This document shows positions 8,465-17,637 of a stretch of DNA of 64,000 bases, one piece after another. The stretch is from an uncultured virus (IMG/VR IMGVR_UViG_3300010283_000223) (taxonomy: Duplodnaviria; Heunggongvirae; Uroviricota; Caudoviricetes). A program made the position numbers and the translations under genes. A model generated the notes under the pieces. The model saw only the letters and a list, made by a program, of their open reading frames with translations. It was not told the DNA's origin and made no database searches. The stretch lies in IMG/VR virus record IMGVR_UViG_3300010283_000223. One strand, 5' to 3'. How positions within the stretch are numbered: position 1 is the stretch's first letter; every line of letters begins with the position of its first letter.

Positions 8465-9602
8465 CTCGCATTCCTCCTTGCATAAATTTTTCTATAAATA
8501 ATTGATTATAAAGATTGGCTAGACTCCTTTTTGTAAGATATCCATCCTTATGTGCTAAATAACCGGATATGGATGCGTAAAAGCTTCTAACTGCGTTGTA
8601 ATCCATCTCGCCATTTTCCACCTTGACCGCCATTTTCTTTAACTTCTTGCGGTACTGTGCTATTCTCTTATGAGAAGCTTTCCGTATAACTTTTCCCTTC
8701 TCTGTAAGGAAATATCTGTCTTGCAGCCAAGTAAAGCCATGTGAAAGCTTTATTTTCTGCGTTTTCTTCGGGTTCATCTCAATTCCAATTTCAGCATACA
8801 TTTGGGAAATATCTCTCAAAATCTTGTCAGCCTCTTCTTTCGTGTCCACTATCACATACCAATCATCCATATGTCTGCAGTAATATTTTTTCCGCAGCAC
8901 ATCTTTGATGTAATGATCAATCGCATTCGCATATGCTACAGCATTTATTTGGCATACCTGGGACCCTAAGCCAAGCCCTTTTCCAAATGGTGATATAAAA
9001 TCCATCGTCTGTCTTATGAGCTCTTGATCTGTAATCATCTTGCACATATTCTTATATATGACATCATGTCTGAGACTGGCAAAAAAATCATGTCCATCTC
9101 CCATAACAATGTATCCAGAATTTGTAAATCCAGATTTTCTGTAATGCCGACGCAAATCCTTTATCAACTGATCAGAACTAAATCCGGTACCCTTTCCTTC
9201 TTGGGAAGCTCCGTTCTCATAAATAAGAGATTTCTCCATAATCGGAACTATGCCATAATCGCAGACCGCCTTCTGCGGTACCCTTTCTGTAATATGTACC
9301 GAAGATATGTGCCTTATTTTTCCTCTTTCGTATAGGACGAATTCTATAAATCCTTTGCTTATCTTTTGATGTTTCCGCATTTTACGGCTAATGACGTATG
9401 AATTTCTAAGCACGTTGCATCCATATTTTTGTACAGAAGCTTTCCAGTTAGTTCCTCTCCTCGCTTTGTAAAATGACTTACGAAGGGATCCAAACTCTGT
9501 AACCTTCTGAAATGTATGATCAGCATTTCTGATAGCCTTTTTCTCTTCTCTTTTCGCTTTTCTTCTTTGGTAACGTGCTTCTCTTCTCTCTTCACTGTTC
9601 AT
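8442..9602 (-). CDS. DGR reverse transcriptase
   Basis: RT motifs GKIRHI..ERV, GKG, D..DFF.S, GLGLGSQVCQ, RHMDD, FTWL; no maturase/HNH domain; adjacent TR and avd. Confidence 0.95.
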   Translation of the reverse strand: MNSEERREARYQRRKAKREEKKAIRNADHTFQKVTEFGSLRKSFYKARRGTNWKASVQKYGCNVLRNSYVISRKMRKHQKISKGFIEFVLYERGKIRHISSVHITERVPQKAVCDYGIVPIMEKSLIYENGASQEGKGTGFSSDQLIKDLRRHYRKSGFTNSGYIVMGDGHDFFASLRHDVIYKNMCKMITDQELIRQTMDFISPFGKGLGLGSQVCQINAVAYANAIDHYIKDVLRKKYYCRHMDDWYVIVDTKEEADKILRDISQMYAEIGIEMNPKKTQKIKLSHGFTWLQDRYFLTEKGKVIRKASHKRIAQYRKKLKKMAVKVENGEMDYNAVRSFYASISGYLAHKDGYLTKRSLANLYNQLFIEKFMQGGMRDEQIFAT

Positions 9603-9839
9603 TTTTGGAGCTGCACCTCCTATATCTTATGTCTTTTGGCTAGTATGTAATTAGATACATAACGCACACCCATGAAATGCCTCGCCACAGGCACCATGCA
9701 AGAAGCGTCCGGATGCTTGTATGAAGGTACTTATTTACGGGAGTTCCTCCCGATGGTTGCATTCTCCTTCCGTGCAAAAATGATTGTTTTCTGTCCAAAC
9801 GGACCTACTCAGACTACAAATGTTACACATGCACGGGAT
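9603..9839 (-). ncRNA. DGR RNA spacer (Sp) region between TR and RT
   Basis: Non-coding gap at the canonical position, with stem-loop potential (CATGCAAGAAGCGTCCGGATGCTTGTATG, ~9695-9723). Confidence 0.5.
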
Positions 9840-9968
9840 CAGGGGGCCACGCCATTCGAGTTGCTCGCGTTGTTGTTGTTGGCCGCACCCGCGGTAGTCA
9901 CATTGCAAAAGTTCGTACCGTTGCCGGAGTTCGGAGACGAAAGCCACCAGTTCGCTGAACCACCACCA
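9840..9968 (-). repeat. DGR template repeat (TR)
   Basis: 129 bp with 27 adenines and 11 AAY codons on the coding strand; differs from both VRs only at adenines. Confidence 0.97.
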
Positions 9969-10004
9969 CGGATGATTTTAATTCAGAATGCAACCGCTGT
10001 ATTG

Positions 10005-10418
10005 TTATTCCAATTTATCAAACCTGCCCCTATCCGACTGCATCCACGCTTTTATGTATCCTTCCTCATTGATGAGATACCCGGTCCATTTTTCCAGGAC
10101 CGAATCACTGATCGGAAGAATTTCGCTTAGCAGACGAAGATCTTTGAGCATGATTTGTATTTCCATAATTGCCCGCTTCTGAAATTTTATTCTTCTTTGG
10201 TACTCTGCTTTTGATCTTGGGAACACAGAATTTGCATATATCACGTTATTATGCACAATTTTAGCTGACTCCATAAGGTCTTTCCCTTTTGACAGCCGGT
10301 ACCTTTTTGGTATTACATTTTCTCTGTGACAAGCCTCTATTGTAAACTTTTCGAGTTCATGTGCAGTATTCAAAAATTCCATTGCGGATGTGCTTCTGTT
10401 CCTTGCTAAAACACTCAT
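10005..10418 (-). CDS. avd: DGR accessory variability determinant (Avd, four-helix bundle)
   Basis: Basic helical 137 aa protein between target and TR; PKRYR...ANS..P and W..SDR motifs. Confidence 0.85.
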   Translation of the reverse strand: MSVLARNRSTSAMEFLNTAHELEKFTIEACHRENVIPKRYRLSKGKDLMESAKIVHNNVIYANSVFPRSKAEYQRRIKFQKRAIMEIQIMLKDLRLLSEILPISDSVLEKWTGYLINEEGYIKAWMQSDRGRFDKLE

Positions 10419-10436
10419 ATTTTTTCCTTACTATCA

Positions 10437-10453
10437 GGCGGGACAAGCCCGCC
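10437..10453. other. DGR target-recognition hairpin 1
   Basis: GGCGGG-ACAAG-CCCGCC just downstream of the target 1 stop codon. Confidence 0.85.
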
Positions 10454-10459
10454 AGATGA

Positions 10460-11419
10460 TTATGATTCTGATGAAACGATTTGGAAGCAGGGGGCCACGC
10501 CATTCGAGTCGCTCGCGTTGTAGTTGCTGGCCGCACCCGCGGTAGTCACATAGCAAAAGTTCGTACCGTTGCCGGAGTTCGGAGACGAAAGCCACCAGAG
10601 CGCTGAACCACCAGATTTTCCATAGGTTTTTACCCTGTTTGATGCAACTGCATAAATCGGGAATTGTGCCGTATCAGACGTATGCTCCGTAGCTGTAGCA
10701 TATGTCTGCGTTCCAAATACCTCCCATTCTTTTGGTATCCAGATTTTATCTGTCGCCTCCTGCAGAGCACTTCCCTGATTACCGATTGAAGTCTTAAACG
10801 TTCTCTCTGAAATCACTGCTTTTAATTCATCCGGTAACGCCTGATAGAACACTCCATTCAGCCATTCTCTCATAGTACAAGCATTCCAACCGCCTACATT
10901 GGTGTTCGATGGATTCATCTGCCTTGCGGTCTCCATGCAATATCTAGGCTCAAAAATCAGCTGATGCGGCTGATCGTGGTTAATAGCTGCTATGCGGTAT
11001 GTCATTACTTCCTTAGTATTCAGAGCTACATTGATCTCATCACCAATATTGCAGTATGTAGTCTCCAAATGTGCATTGACAATATTTTTTAATCCGGTCC
11101 ATGTATTTGTATTGAGGCCTACCTCAATTTCTTTATATTCTCCTGCACTCAGGTGTACAATTGTTTCAAACTCTGTGACTCCAGCATTTGATACCGTTAC
11201 TTTGTATGCAGCTTTCCCAGCGAGATCAAATGTTGCCGTAAGGTTTGCGTTAAATTTTCCGGTAACTGCTGTAACACCATCAGTAACCACGATTGTTTTT
11301 CCTTCATCCTCTTCCACTGTAGATTTGCAAACCAACTTTGCATTTGTAAGTCCAACGAGAAGAACTTCAACGAGAGCGGCGCCTTCCGATGCGCCATAAT
11401 CAGCTTCCACAAAACTCAT
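10460..11419 (-). CDS. DGR target 1: tail-region protein with C-terminal C-lectin-fold (DUF6273-like) variable domain
   Basis: GGW...MREWLN, DKIWIP..WE, WWLSSP...GVAPCF; contains VR1. Confidence 0.9.
   Translation of the reverse strand: MSFVEADYGASEGAALVEVLLVGLTNAKLVCKSTVEEDEGKTIVVTDGVTAVTGKFNANLTATFDLAGKAAYKVTVSNAGVTEFETIVHLSAGEYKEIEVGLNTNTWTGLKNIVNAHLETTYCNIGDEINVALNTKEVMTYRIAAINHDQPHQLIFEPRYCMETARQMNPSNTNVGGWNACTMREWLNGVFYQALPDELKAVISERTFKTSIGNQGSALQEATDKIWIPKEWEVFGTQTYATATEHTSDTAQFPIYAVASNRVKTYGKSGGSALWWLSSPNSGNGTNFCYVTTAGAASNYNASDSNGVAPCFQIVSSES
10488..10613 (-). repeat. DGR variable repeat VR1
   Basis: 126 bp match to TR; 6 mismatches, all at TR adenines. Confidence 0.97.
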
Positions 11420-11421
11420 AA

Positions 11422-12033
11422 CTACTTATCCTCCTTTATATATGATTCTTTAATGGTCTTTCCTGTCTTGGTTGGAGTAATCACCGATGTTTTGGTGTAT
11501 TTATAGCTTCCAGATGTAGGAACAATAACCTCTGTTATAGTCTTAACACCTGTGGCAGCATTTAAGGAAAATGTTGTGGTAACGACTGCATCATCTGTTG
11601 TTACCGTAATAACCTTTCCACCGCTCGTTCCATCCGCTATCACGGTTTCTTTGTTCACAAGACCATATTTAGACAAGAACGCCTGATCTGCTAAGGAATC
11701 AATTTCGTCACCGTGTTTCTTGACAATCCTTGCATCTGCCACATAACCGGCTTTCGTAGTAGTGTCATTATTTGCAATGTTTGCATCTGCCGCTTCTCCT
11801 GAAGGAATCTCAGGCTTATCTGAAAGGTCATTATAGCTTCCGGTTGAAGCCACCTTTGCAAGTTCTTCTTTCGGAGGTCTTCTCTCAATCAGATTTTTAA
11901 GTGCCTGATCGTTCTCAAGAAGCTGCTGAAAATAGCCATTTATAAACGATGCAAGCACAGGGTCTGTCTCCAGAACCTCGTTGACATTTTGAATGTTCAA
12001 GGCGGGTTCTGAAGGAATAACAAATTTTGCCAT
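11422..12033 (-). CDS. Putative tail fibre component
   Basis: LAKVASTGSYNDLSDKP fibre motif; position after the baseplate genes. Confidence 0.7.
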   Translation of the reverse strand: MAKFVIPSEPALNIQNVNEVLETDPVLASFINGYFQQLLENDQALKNLIERRPPKEELAKVASTGSYNDLSDKPEIPSGEAADANIANNDTTTKAGYVADARIVKKHGDEIDSLADQAFLSKYGLVNKETVIADGTSGGKVITVTTDDAVVTTTFSLNAATGVKTITEVIVPTSGSYKYTKTSVITPTKTGKTIKESYIKEDK

Positions 12034-12173
12034 GTTTTACACCTCTTTCTAATAATATTTTGCATAGAAATAGGGGCATACGCCCCTATTGATGTCAGAC
12101 CCTCTTAAACATTGCGAATTATATCGCATATGTGCGGTCTGTATTGCTTTTTGTTGGATTATATCGATATCAG

Positions 12174-13331
12174 TTATGCGAGTATATCGTCGATATTGAA
12201 TGTCATTTCTGCCTCTTTGTTCTTAATCTTCTTATCAAAGGTCTTAATGCAAACAAGATCGCCATCTTCATCTACTAGTCCAATTTCCGTGATGTATTTG
12301 CCATTGCCCTCAATTTCACTCAGCATTCCTGTGTATCTATAGCAACTGTCACTTATTCGCATCTTGCTATCGAGTTTCTTCCGGACGATTTCATTAACCA
12401 ATTCGGTCTGATCTGCATCTGGCACATATGGTTTTCCATCTGCTCCCAATCCTGTTCCAAATACAAAACCCGCTATTATGCAAGATGTATCGGCATCAAA
12501 ATGAGACTTTAAGATTTTCCTTTTTGCTTGATTAAGTAATACTGCATCTGCCAAGTCAATGTCCTCCTTTTCTGTGAATGACCCCCAATTAATTTTTCCA
12601 TTGAACCGGTTCTTCCCATCGTAATAATTGTATTTTGCACCATCTGCCTGATGAGTTATGCTTCCGTCAAATTTGCATAATCCGTCATAATGATTAGAAA
12701 AGGTAACTCCGTCAGAGTGCCACCGAATAGCACTATTCCAGCGGAATGCTCCGTTCCATCGATGATTTTTTTCATAGGATAATTTGCAGTTCCCGAATCG
12801 TTCCCAGGATACCATATCGATCTTATCTGTATAACTTGATCGAAACAATATTTTTACTCCTCCAGCGCGAATAACCATGGGTCTGATTAGTGCCGGATCT
12901 GTCTCATCGGTAGTAATTTCCGCTATACTTATTTCGATAGAGGCCGGTTCCCGGATTGCTTCAGCATACTTTATCTTTGCATCTCCCCATAGCAGATACA
13001 TTCCTTTCATGATATCTGCATAAGTCGCATTGGAATTATTTTTCAGTGCTTGGAACCTCAACACATTCCGGTACATCTCGTCCGTAATAACCACGGACAT
13101 TTCTCTGTTCATTAGCACATGAGCATCTTTTCTTGTAACATTAACGATGGTTCCAATCATATCAAGATTCATGCCATGCGCGGTATCAATGTCTACTACC
13201 TCTTTGAGTTGGTTGTTGACTGCTTTCACATCGTCAAGCTGCTTTGAAAAAGCTTTAATAATTGCAGATATATTCGGCTTGTCTCTGAACTGGCAAGGAA
13301 TATTGGCTATCCAATCGTCGTATGCGCTCAT
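12174..13331 (-). CDS. Baseplate wedge protein (DUF2612-like) with C-terminal tail-collar-like domain
   Basis: DIDTAHGMNLDMIG motif; YDG..FDG repeats; ITEIGLVDEDGDL. Confidence 0.75.
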   Translation of the reverse strand: MSAYDDWIANIPCQFRDKPNISAIIKAFSKQLDDVKAVNNQLKEVVDIDTAHGMNLDMIGTIVNVTRKDAHVLMNREMSVVITDEMYRNVLRFQALKNNSNATYADIMKGMYLLWGDAKIKYAEAIREPASIEISIAEITTDETDPALIRPMVIRAGGVKILFRSSYTDKIDMVSWERFGNCKLSYEKNHRWNGAFRWNSAIRWHSDGVTFSNHYDGLCKFDGSITHQADGAKYNYYDGKNRFNGKINWGSFTEKEDIDLADAVLLNQAKRKILKSHFDADTSCIIAGFVFGTGLGADGKPYVPDADQTELVNEIVRKKLDSKMRISDSCYRYTGMLSEIEGNGKYITEIGLVDEDGDLVCIKTFDKKIKNKEAEMTFNIDDILA

Positions 13332-14776
13332 GTCGATAGACTCACCTCAATTCTGCTTGCATCCACATTTATAGCCTGCCTCTGATTTGCAGATATATTT
13401 CCTTCTATAAATTCAGTTGGCTTACTGCTTATATCACCTGAACTTGCCACATGAATTTTACAATAAGCAATACCGGCCAATACTTGATATATTCCGGCTA
13501 TAAATGTCTGTGACATCAAACTGTCTCCAATAGAGATTCCAGCTGCTTTCTCGCAGATGGTTTGCTGCACTACAGATACATAATCTGGATTGATGTTACT
13601 TCCATCTGTAGTAAGTTCGACCTTTATCCATGCGTATATAGGTTCCGGTCTTCGCAGTTTTATCGGTATTTCATCTCCATACTCACCGAGAACATTGACC
13701 ATAATATCGCCGCAAGTCTCAATCCCTCCGGATTTCTTTGTGAGAATTGCTTTGGCTATTGCTTCCTCATCTCCACCATCAACTATAACTTCAACGCAGT
13801 GCGGAGGCCTTCCAAGTTCGTCTTCTACATTGTATGGATTCTCGTAGCACCTCACATCTTTCACTCCAGCAACGTTTTCCAGAATATATGCTTCGATACT
13901 TTCTGTCATTGTTGATGATGTTCCATATGATTTTCTTATGTAATCCTGCCGGAAAGAAATATCACTTTGCTGAATTCTTCCAGGTGTTGGCTCTATTTTG
14001 TTGACCACAGATATCAGACCAGTTACATTTGATGCAATATCGCAAATAGTACCTTCCGGGCACTGAATATCTCCATAATCAACTGTGTAATAGTGTACTA
14101 GACTTACCACATATTCTGTAGTAAGATTGCTTGACAGCGACACATCATTACTGCGAGCTGCCACTGTATCCTCTATGGTAAGTGTCCCATTCTCTGTATC
14201 AGTTGCAACAGCATATCCAGCAACTTCTATTATTCCGGCCAATCCGTTAACTATGCTTTCCGCTGTCGGTGTTCCTGTGGCTTTATAACTATACATTTTG
14301 CCATTCAGCTCTACATTGTAAGTACCTTCAACGATTGTAACTGGCTTTATACATATTGCATTGCAGGACGATCTCGTAATCTCTGAATCCTTTGTACTTT
14401 TAAGCTGTACTACAGGATTTGTAATTGACGATATGAGGCTTCCTTTAGGAACAATCGTTCCATCCTTCGCAGTGCAATGTATTGTGTACTCGGTATGCTT
14501 ATTTCCTCGTCTGAATACGTTGCTATACTGGCATGCATTGTCAAGATTTACTCCTTCTGCTGTAGATGGGTATTTTGCATAATAACTCTCTTGTGCCACC
14601 TCCCACATTTCTGCTATTTTATCGCAAAACGGAATGATCAGGACAGAGTTGAGCAGTGATTGTGGATTCTGAGATACATCAAATCCAAGGGAACCGGAAA
14701 GATCTTCTTGTACTTCTTTGAGGATTGTGTCAAACCTTTTTAAAACAAACCCTTTATCCGTTACGCCATATTCCAT
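13328..14776 (-). CDS. Baseplate J-like protein
   Basis: YGVTDKGF, TAEGVNLD, GRPPHCVEVIVDGG. Confidence 0.85.
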   Translation of the reverse strand: MEYGVTDKGFVLKRFDTILKEVQEDLSGSLGFDVSQNPQSLLNSVLIIPFCDKIAEMWEVAQESYYAKYPSTAEGVNLDNACQYSNVFRRGNKHTEYTIHCTAKDGTIVPKGSLISSITNPVVQLKSTKDSEITRSSCNAICIKPVTIVEGTYNVELNGKMYSYKATGTPTAESIVNGLAGIIEVAGYAVATDTENGTLTIEDTVAARSNDVSLSSNLTTEYVVSLVHYYTVDYGDIQCPEGTICDIASNVTGLISVVNKIEPTPGRIQQSDISFRQDYIRKSYGTSSTMTESIEAYILENVAGVKDVRCYENPYNVEDELGRPPHCVEVIVDGGDEEAIAKAILTKKSGGIETCGDIMVNVLGEYGDEIPIKLRRPEPIYAWIKVELTTDGSNINPDYVSVVQQTICEKAAGISIGDSLMSQTFIAGIYQVLAGIAYCKIHVASSGDISSKPTEFIEGNISANQRQAINVDASRIEVSLST

Positions 14777-15123
14777 ATATTCACCTCCCTCTCAAATCTC
14801 TCTTTACTCTCTGTTGTGACCGTATATTTTATCACAGCCTCTCTTGTTGCTGAATTTATCGAAACAGTCACATTGTCAACGCTTTTTACTCCATCAACTG
14901 ACAATATCTGTTTTGATATATCATTTATGATCAGCTGCTTATTAGGATTTTTAACAAAAATATTTTCAAAATATTTAACTCCATAATCCGGTCCAAACTT
15001 CCATTCTTTGAAAAACCACCTAAGTCTGATATAAATTCCCTGTTCGATGCTGTCAGTGACTGCTATATCATTATTTACATACAAATCTCCTTCTCTTGTC
15101 ATCTGCAAGTCATTCATTGTCAT
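14761..15123 (-). CDS. Baseplate gp25/W-like protein
   Basis: IRLRWFFKEW..YGVKY, ILSVDGVKSV; synteny. Confidence 0.75.
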   Translation of the reverse strand: MTMNDLQMTREGDLYVNNDIAVTDSIEQGIYIRLRWFFKEWKFGPDYGVKYFENIFVKNPNKQLIINDISKQILSVDGVKSVDNVTVSINSATREAVIKYTVTTESKERFEREVNIWNMA

Positions 15124-15749
15124 CCCTCCGTGTTCGCACCTGTAATATTTCCTGTAGCTGTGATATTTCCATCTACATCCAGGTTACCTTTGATGGATAC
15201 TTTGCCGTCAAACTTAGTAATTCCTTTGATACTTACATCTCCATTGATTTCTATGTTTCCTTCAATTTTGGTATCTCCTGTTATTTCAATTCCTTCCTCC
15301 GTTATAACAATCTTCTTGTCTCCATTCGTGATTACTACAGCCTCTTTTTCATTTGCTTCTTTCTGGGCATCTACTGGCGCTCTCTGTAATCCCGGAACAG
15401 CAATGCAGTTTGTAAGATCGAATCGCTCATTTGATTGTGCATCCGTCGTTTCTGATAGGAGCGCAGAGAGGCTTTGTTCCGCACAAACAAGCAAACATGT
15501 GTCTCCAGGTTTTATCGGTATACACGAGGCGATACCGGATGAATTTGCAGTTATACAAACAGGTACGGAAGGTATGACAGGATAGTCCATTTCTACTTTT
15601 CCGCAGAAAAAACTTCCAATCGGTTGAACGTTTGCCATTCCAGTAGCATCATCAAATGTCAGTATTTTACCAGGCATAGCAGTGTGTACGCTGTTGTTAA
15701 GTACATCTTTGACCATTTTTTCCATTTCCTCAACTACTTCCTGTATCAT
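15120..15749 (-). CDS. Baseplate spike (Gp138-like)
   Basis: HTAMPGKI, PIKPGD, RFDLTNCIAVPG, C-terminal beta-helix repeats; start refined to MIQEVV. Confidence 0.8.
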   Translation of the reverse strand: MIQEVVEEMEKMVKDVLNNSVHTAMPGKILTFDDATGMANVQPIGSFFCGKVEMDYPVIPSVPVCITANSSGIASCIPIKPGDTCLLVCAEQSLSALLSETTDAQSNERFDLTNCIAVPGLQRAPVDAQKEANEKEAVVITNGDKKIVITEEGIEITGDTKIEGNIEINGDVSIKGITKFDGKVSIKGNLDVDGNITATGNITGANTEG

Positions 15750-16660
15750 GCTACCACCTCCACTATTTGTGCCGTACACTTCCAATCTCCGGAGTAATTG
15801 TCTCCTGAATATGACTGCTTTTTTACGCGGAAAATTCCGTTTAGATTGCGGCTTTCCACCTGTACTAGGTCGTTAATGCCGATTGCTCCGTTTATCAGAT
15901 ATTCAATTTCATATCCAGGAATTCCATTTGAACTATCCGAAGATGCGGATCCAGCTGCTGATACTTTTCCGCTACCGCTCTTTGATGCAGTTGTTTGTGT
16001 AATGCTTATTTTTTTCGGTATGCTTATGAGCCCTGTTTCCGCACTAATTTTATATGCTTTGGTTGTTATGGCTTCTCCTTGGCAAAACACCTGTAAAACG
16101 CCGTTTTGCAAAGAATAATTAACACCAGCTTTCTCCATAAGAGACTGTAGTGCCGCCTTTCTCTTTCCAACAGAGCAATATCCGTTGCTGTACTTTGCTG
16201 TCCGCAGCAATGCTGATGCCTTTTCTGTAATGATAGACGACTCAATTCCCATCTGTTTCTGAAGTTCTGACAGAATTTTATCTCCCGTAACCACTCCGCT
16301 AATAGACATGGTACCAATGGCATCATAGCTTGATAAACCATCTACCAATTCAACTTCCAGTATTCTATCTGCATTGTTCAGTGTTTCAGAAGGATTTGCG
16401 ACACCGCCGATAAAGATTGTACCGAGTGTGTCGCTGTATCCTGCTTTTATCTCAACCACGCACTTATCCTCGCTGAGTAATGCTTTATGCTCACTATTCA
16501 GATTTGATATCTGCAGTCTTCCTGTATTGCTACTTTCTGTATCCGCTTTTTCCAGTGAGAAATTTACATGAAGTGGTCTATTAACTCCAACACTGGAAAT
16601 TTCCGTTCCTATCTGTCCTGGAATTCCGAATAAAATACTGTATTGCCTAAGAAAATTCAT
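15746..16660 (-). CDS. Baseplate hub protein
   Basis: I.NL, AGY, YSLQNG, ETGLISIP motifs; start refined to MNFLRQ. Confidence 0.75.
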   Translation of the reverse strand: MNFLRQYSILFGIPGQIGTEISSVGVNRPLHVNFSLEKADTESSNTGRLQISNLNSEHKALLSEDKCVVEIKAGYSDTLGTIFIGGVANPSETLNNADRILEVELVDGLSSYDAIGTMSISGVVTGDKILSELQKQMGIESSIITEKASALLRTAKYSNGYCSVGKRKAALQSLMEKAGVNYSLQNGVLQVFCQGEAITTKAYKISAETGLISIPKKISITQTTASKSGSGKVSAAGSASSDSSNGIPGYEIEYLINGAIGINDLVQVESRNLNGIFRVKKQSYSGDNYSGDWKCTAQIVEVVA

Positions 16661-16673
16661 AACCGACCTCCTG

Positions 16674-16985
16674 TCACAACTCACTATTTGGTATATAGAC
16701 GAATTTCGCCTTTTTCTCTTTAAAAGCATTTCTTCCAACATGTTTGTCTACAGAAAAGCACCCGAAATCCCCATCAGGAAGATCCGTATATGTGTAAAAA
16801 TAAGTTAATGGGGAGAACGGAACGATCTTTGTCATTGGTAAAATAGGGTCCATATTGGTCTTATACAGGCCAAATGACCAATAGTCATATGATGGGTTAT
16901 AGGTAAACCGGATATAATACTCTTTTCCAGAAAGTGTGATCCGGCTTATACTATCGTTCTTATCCGGAACTTCAATGTATAGCAT
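16674..16985 (-). CDS. Small baseplate protein
   Basis: Synteny; 103 aa. Confidence 0.65.
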   Translation of the reverse strand: MLYIEVPDKNDSISRITLSGKEYYIRFTYNPSYDYWSFGLYKTNMDPILPMTKIVPFSPLTYFYTYTDLPDGDFGCFSVDKHVGRNAFKEKKAKFVYIPNSEL

Positions 16986-16999
16986 CTGTCAGCCTCCTG

Positions 17000-17629
17000 T
17001 CATTCTAAAGAATACCATCCGGTCTTGTTTCCTAAACCGCTGGCCATGTTATAAAGCAACGTGCTGCCATTCTTGGATGAACTTGTAGTATCTCCGCTTG
17101 CCTTCCCGCTTTGTCTGTCCGATGCGGTTGTCGGAGTAGAACTCTGCGCTTTTGTCGTTGAGGCGGCTCCGTTCGATTCCATCGTATTCCCTCCTCTAGC
17201 ATATTCCGCAGGAATAACTACTGATTTCGCAGCCGTCACTGTAATCTCTGTAAATTCAATCGGTATCTCTTTTGCATATCCAGCCTGTGTAGTGTCGCTG
17301 ATTGTGATATTCTTTATGATCATATTGTCATAAGATTTTCTCGGAGTAGTTACACTTACAGGGCTTCTTGCTTTGTATAAATCCAACAGCTGATTGCAGA
17401 TATTTTCTACACGCTGGTCTCCGACTCCATGCCTCGAAAGCCACGTAACCGGTGTCGCCGTCACATACAATGTCAGCTTCAGTGCGGTAGGGTCCAATGC
17501 AACGTTGTCAGATACGCTATACCCTTCATCAAGAGGGTATTGCGGTACTGTAGCAGAATGTGTTTCCTGAGCTTCTATCAACGCATCAAATTCAATACCC
17601 GCTACAGTAGTTACCACTTTCTGTTTCAT
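17000..17629 (-). CDS. Tail tube initiator/Dit-like protein
   Basis: YPLDEGYSVSDN motif, after the tape measure. Confidence 0.7.
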   Translation of the reverse strand: MKQKVVTTVAGIEFDALIEAQETHSATVPQYPLDEGYSVSDNVALDPTALKLTLYVTATPVTWLSRHGVGDQRVENICNQLLDLYKARSPVSVTTPRKSYDNMIIKNITISDTTQAGYAKEIPIEFTEITVTAAKSVVIPAEYARGGNTMESNGAASTTKAQSSTPTTASDRQSGKASGDTTSSSKNGSTLLYNMASGLGNKTGWYSLE

Positions 17630-17637
17630 TATTACAC

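Noticed and set aside
8442..9602. RT as a group II intron, retron or Abi RT
   Set aside because: No maturase/endonuclease domain or msr-msd; TR/VR pairs and avd identify a DGR
9672..10130. ORFs over TR (9672..10130 +, 9735..9947 -) and over VR2 (43414..43671, 43449..43742, 43529..43765)
   Set aside because: Alternative-frame or antisense readings of GC-rich TR/VR DNA; their mutual similarity only reflects the repeat
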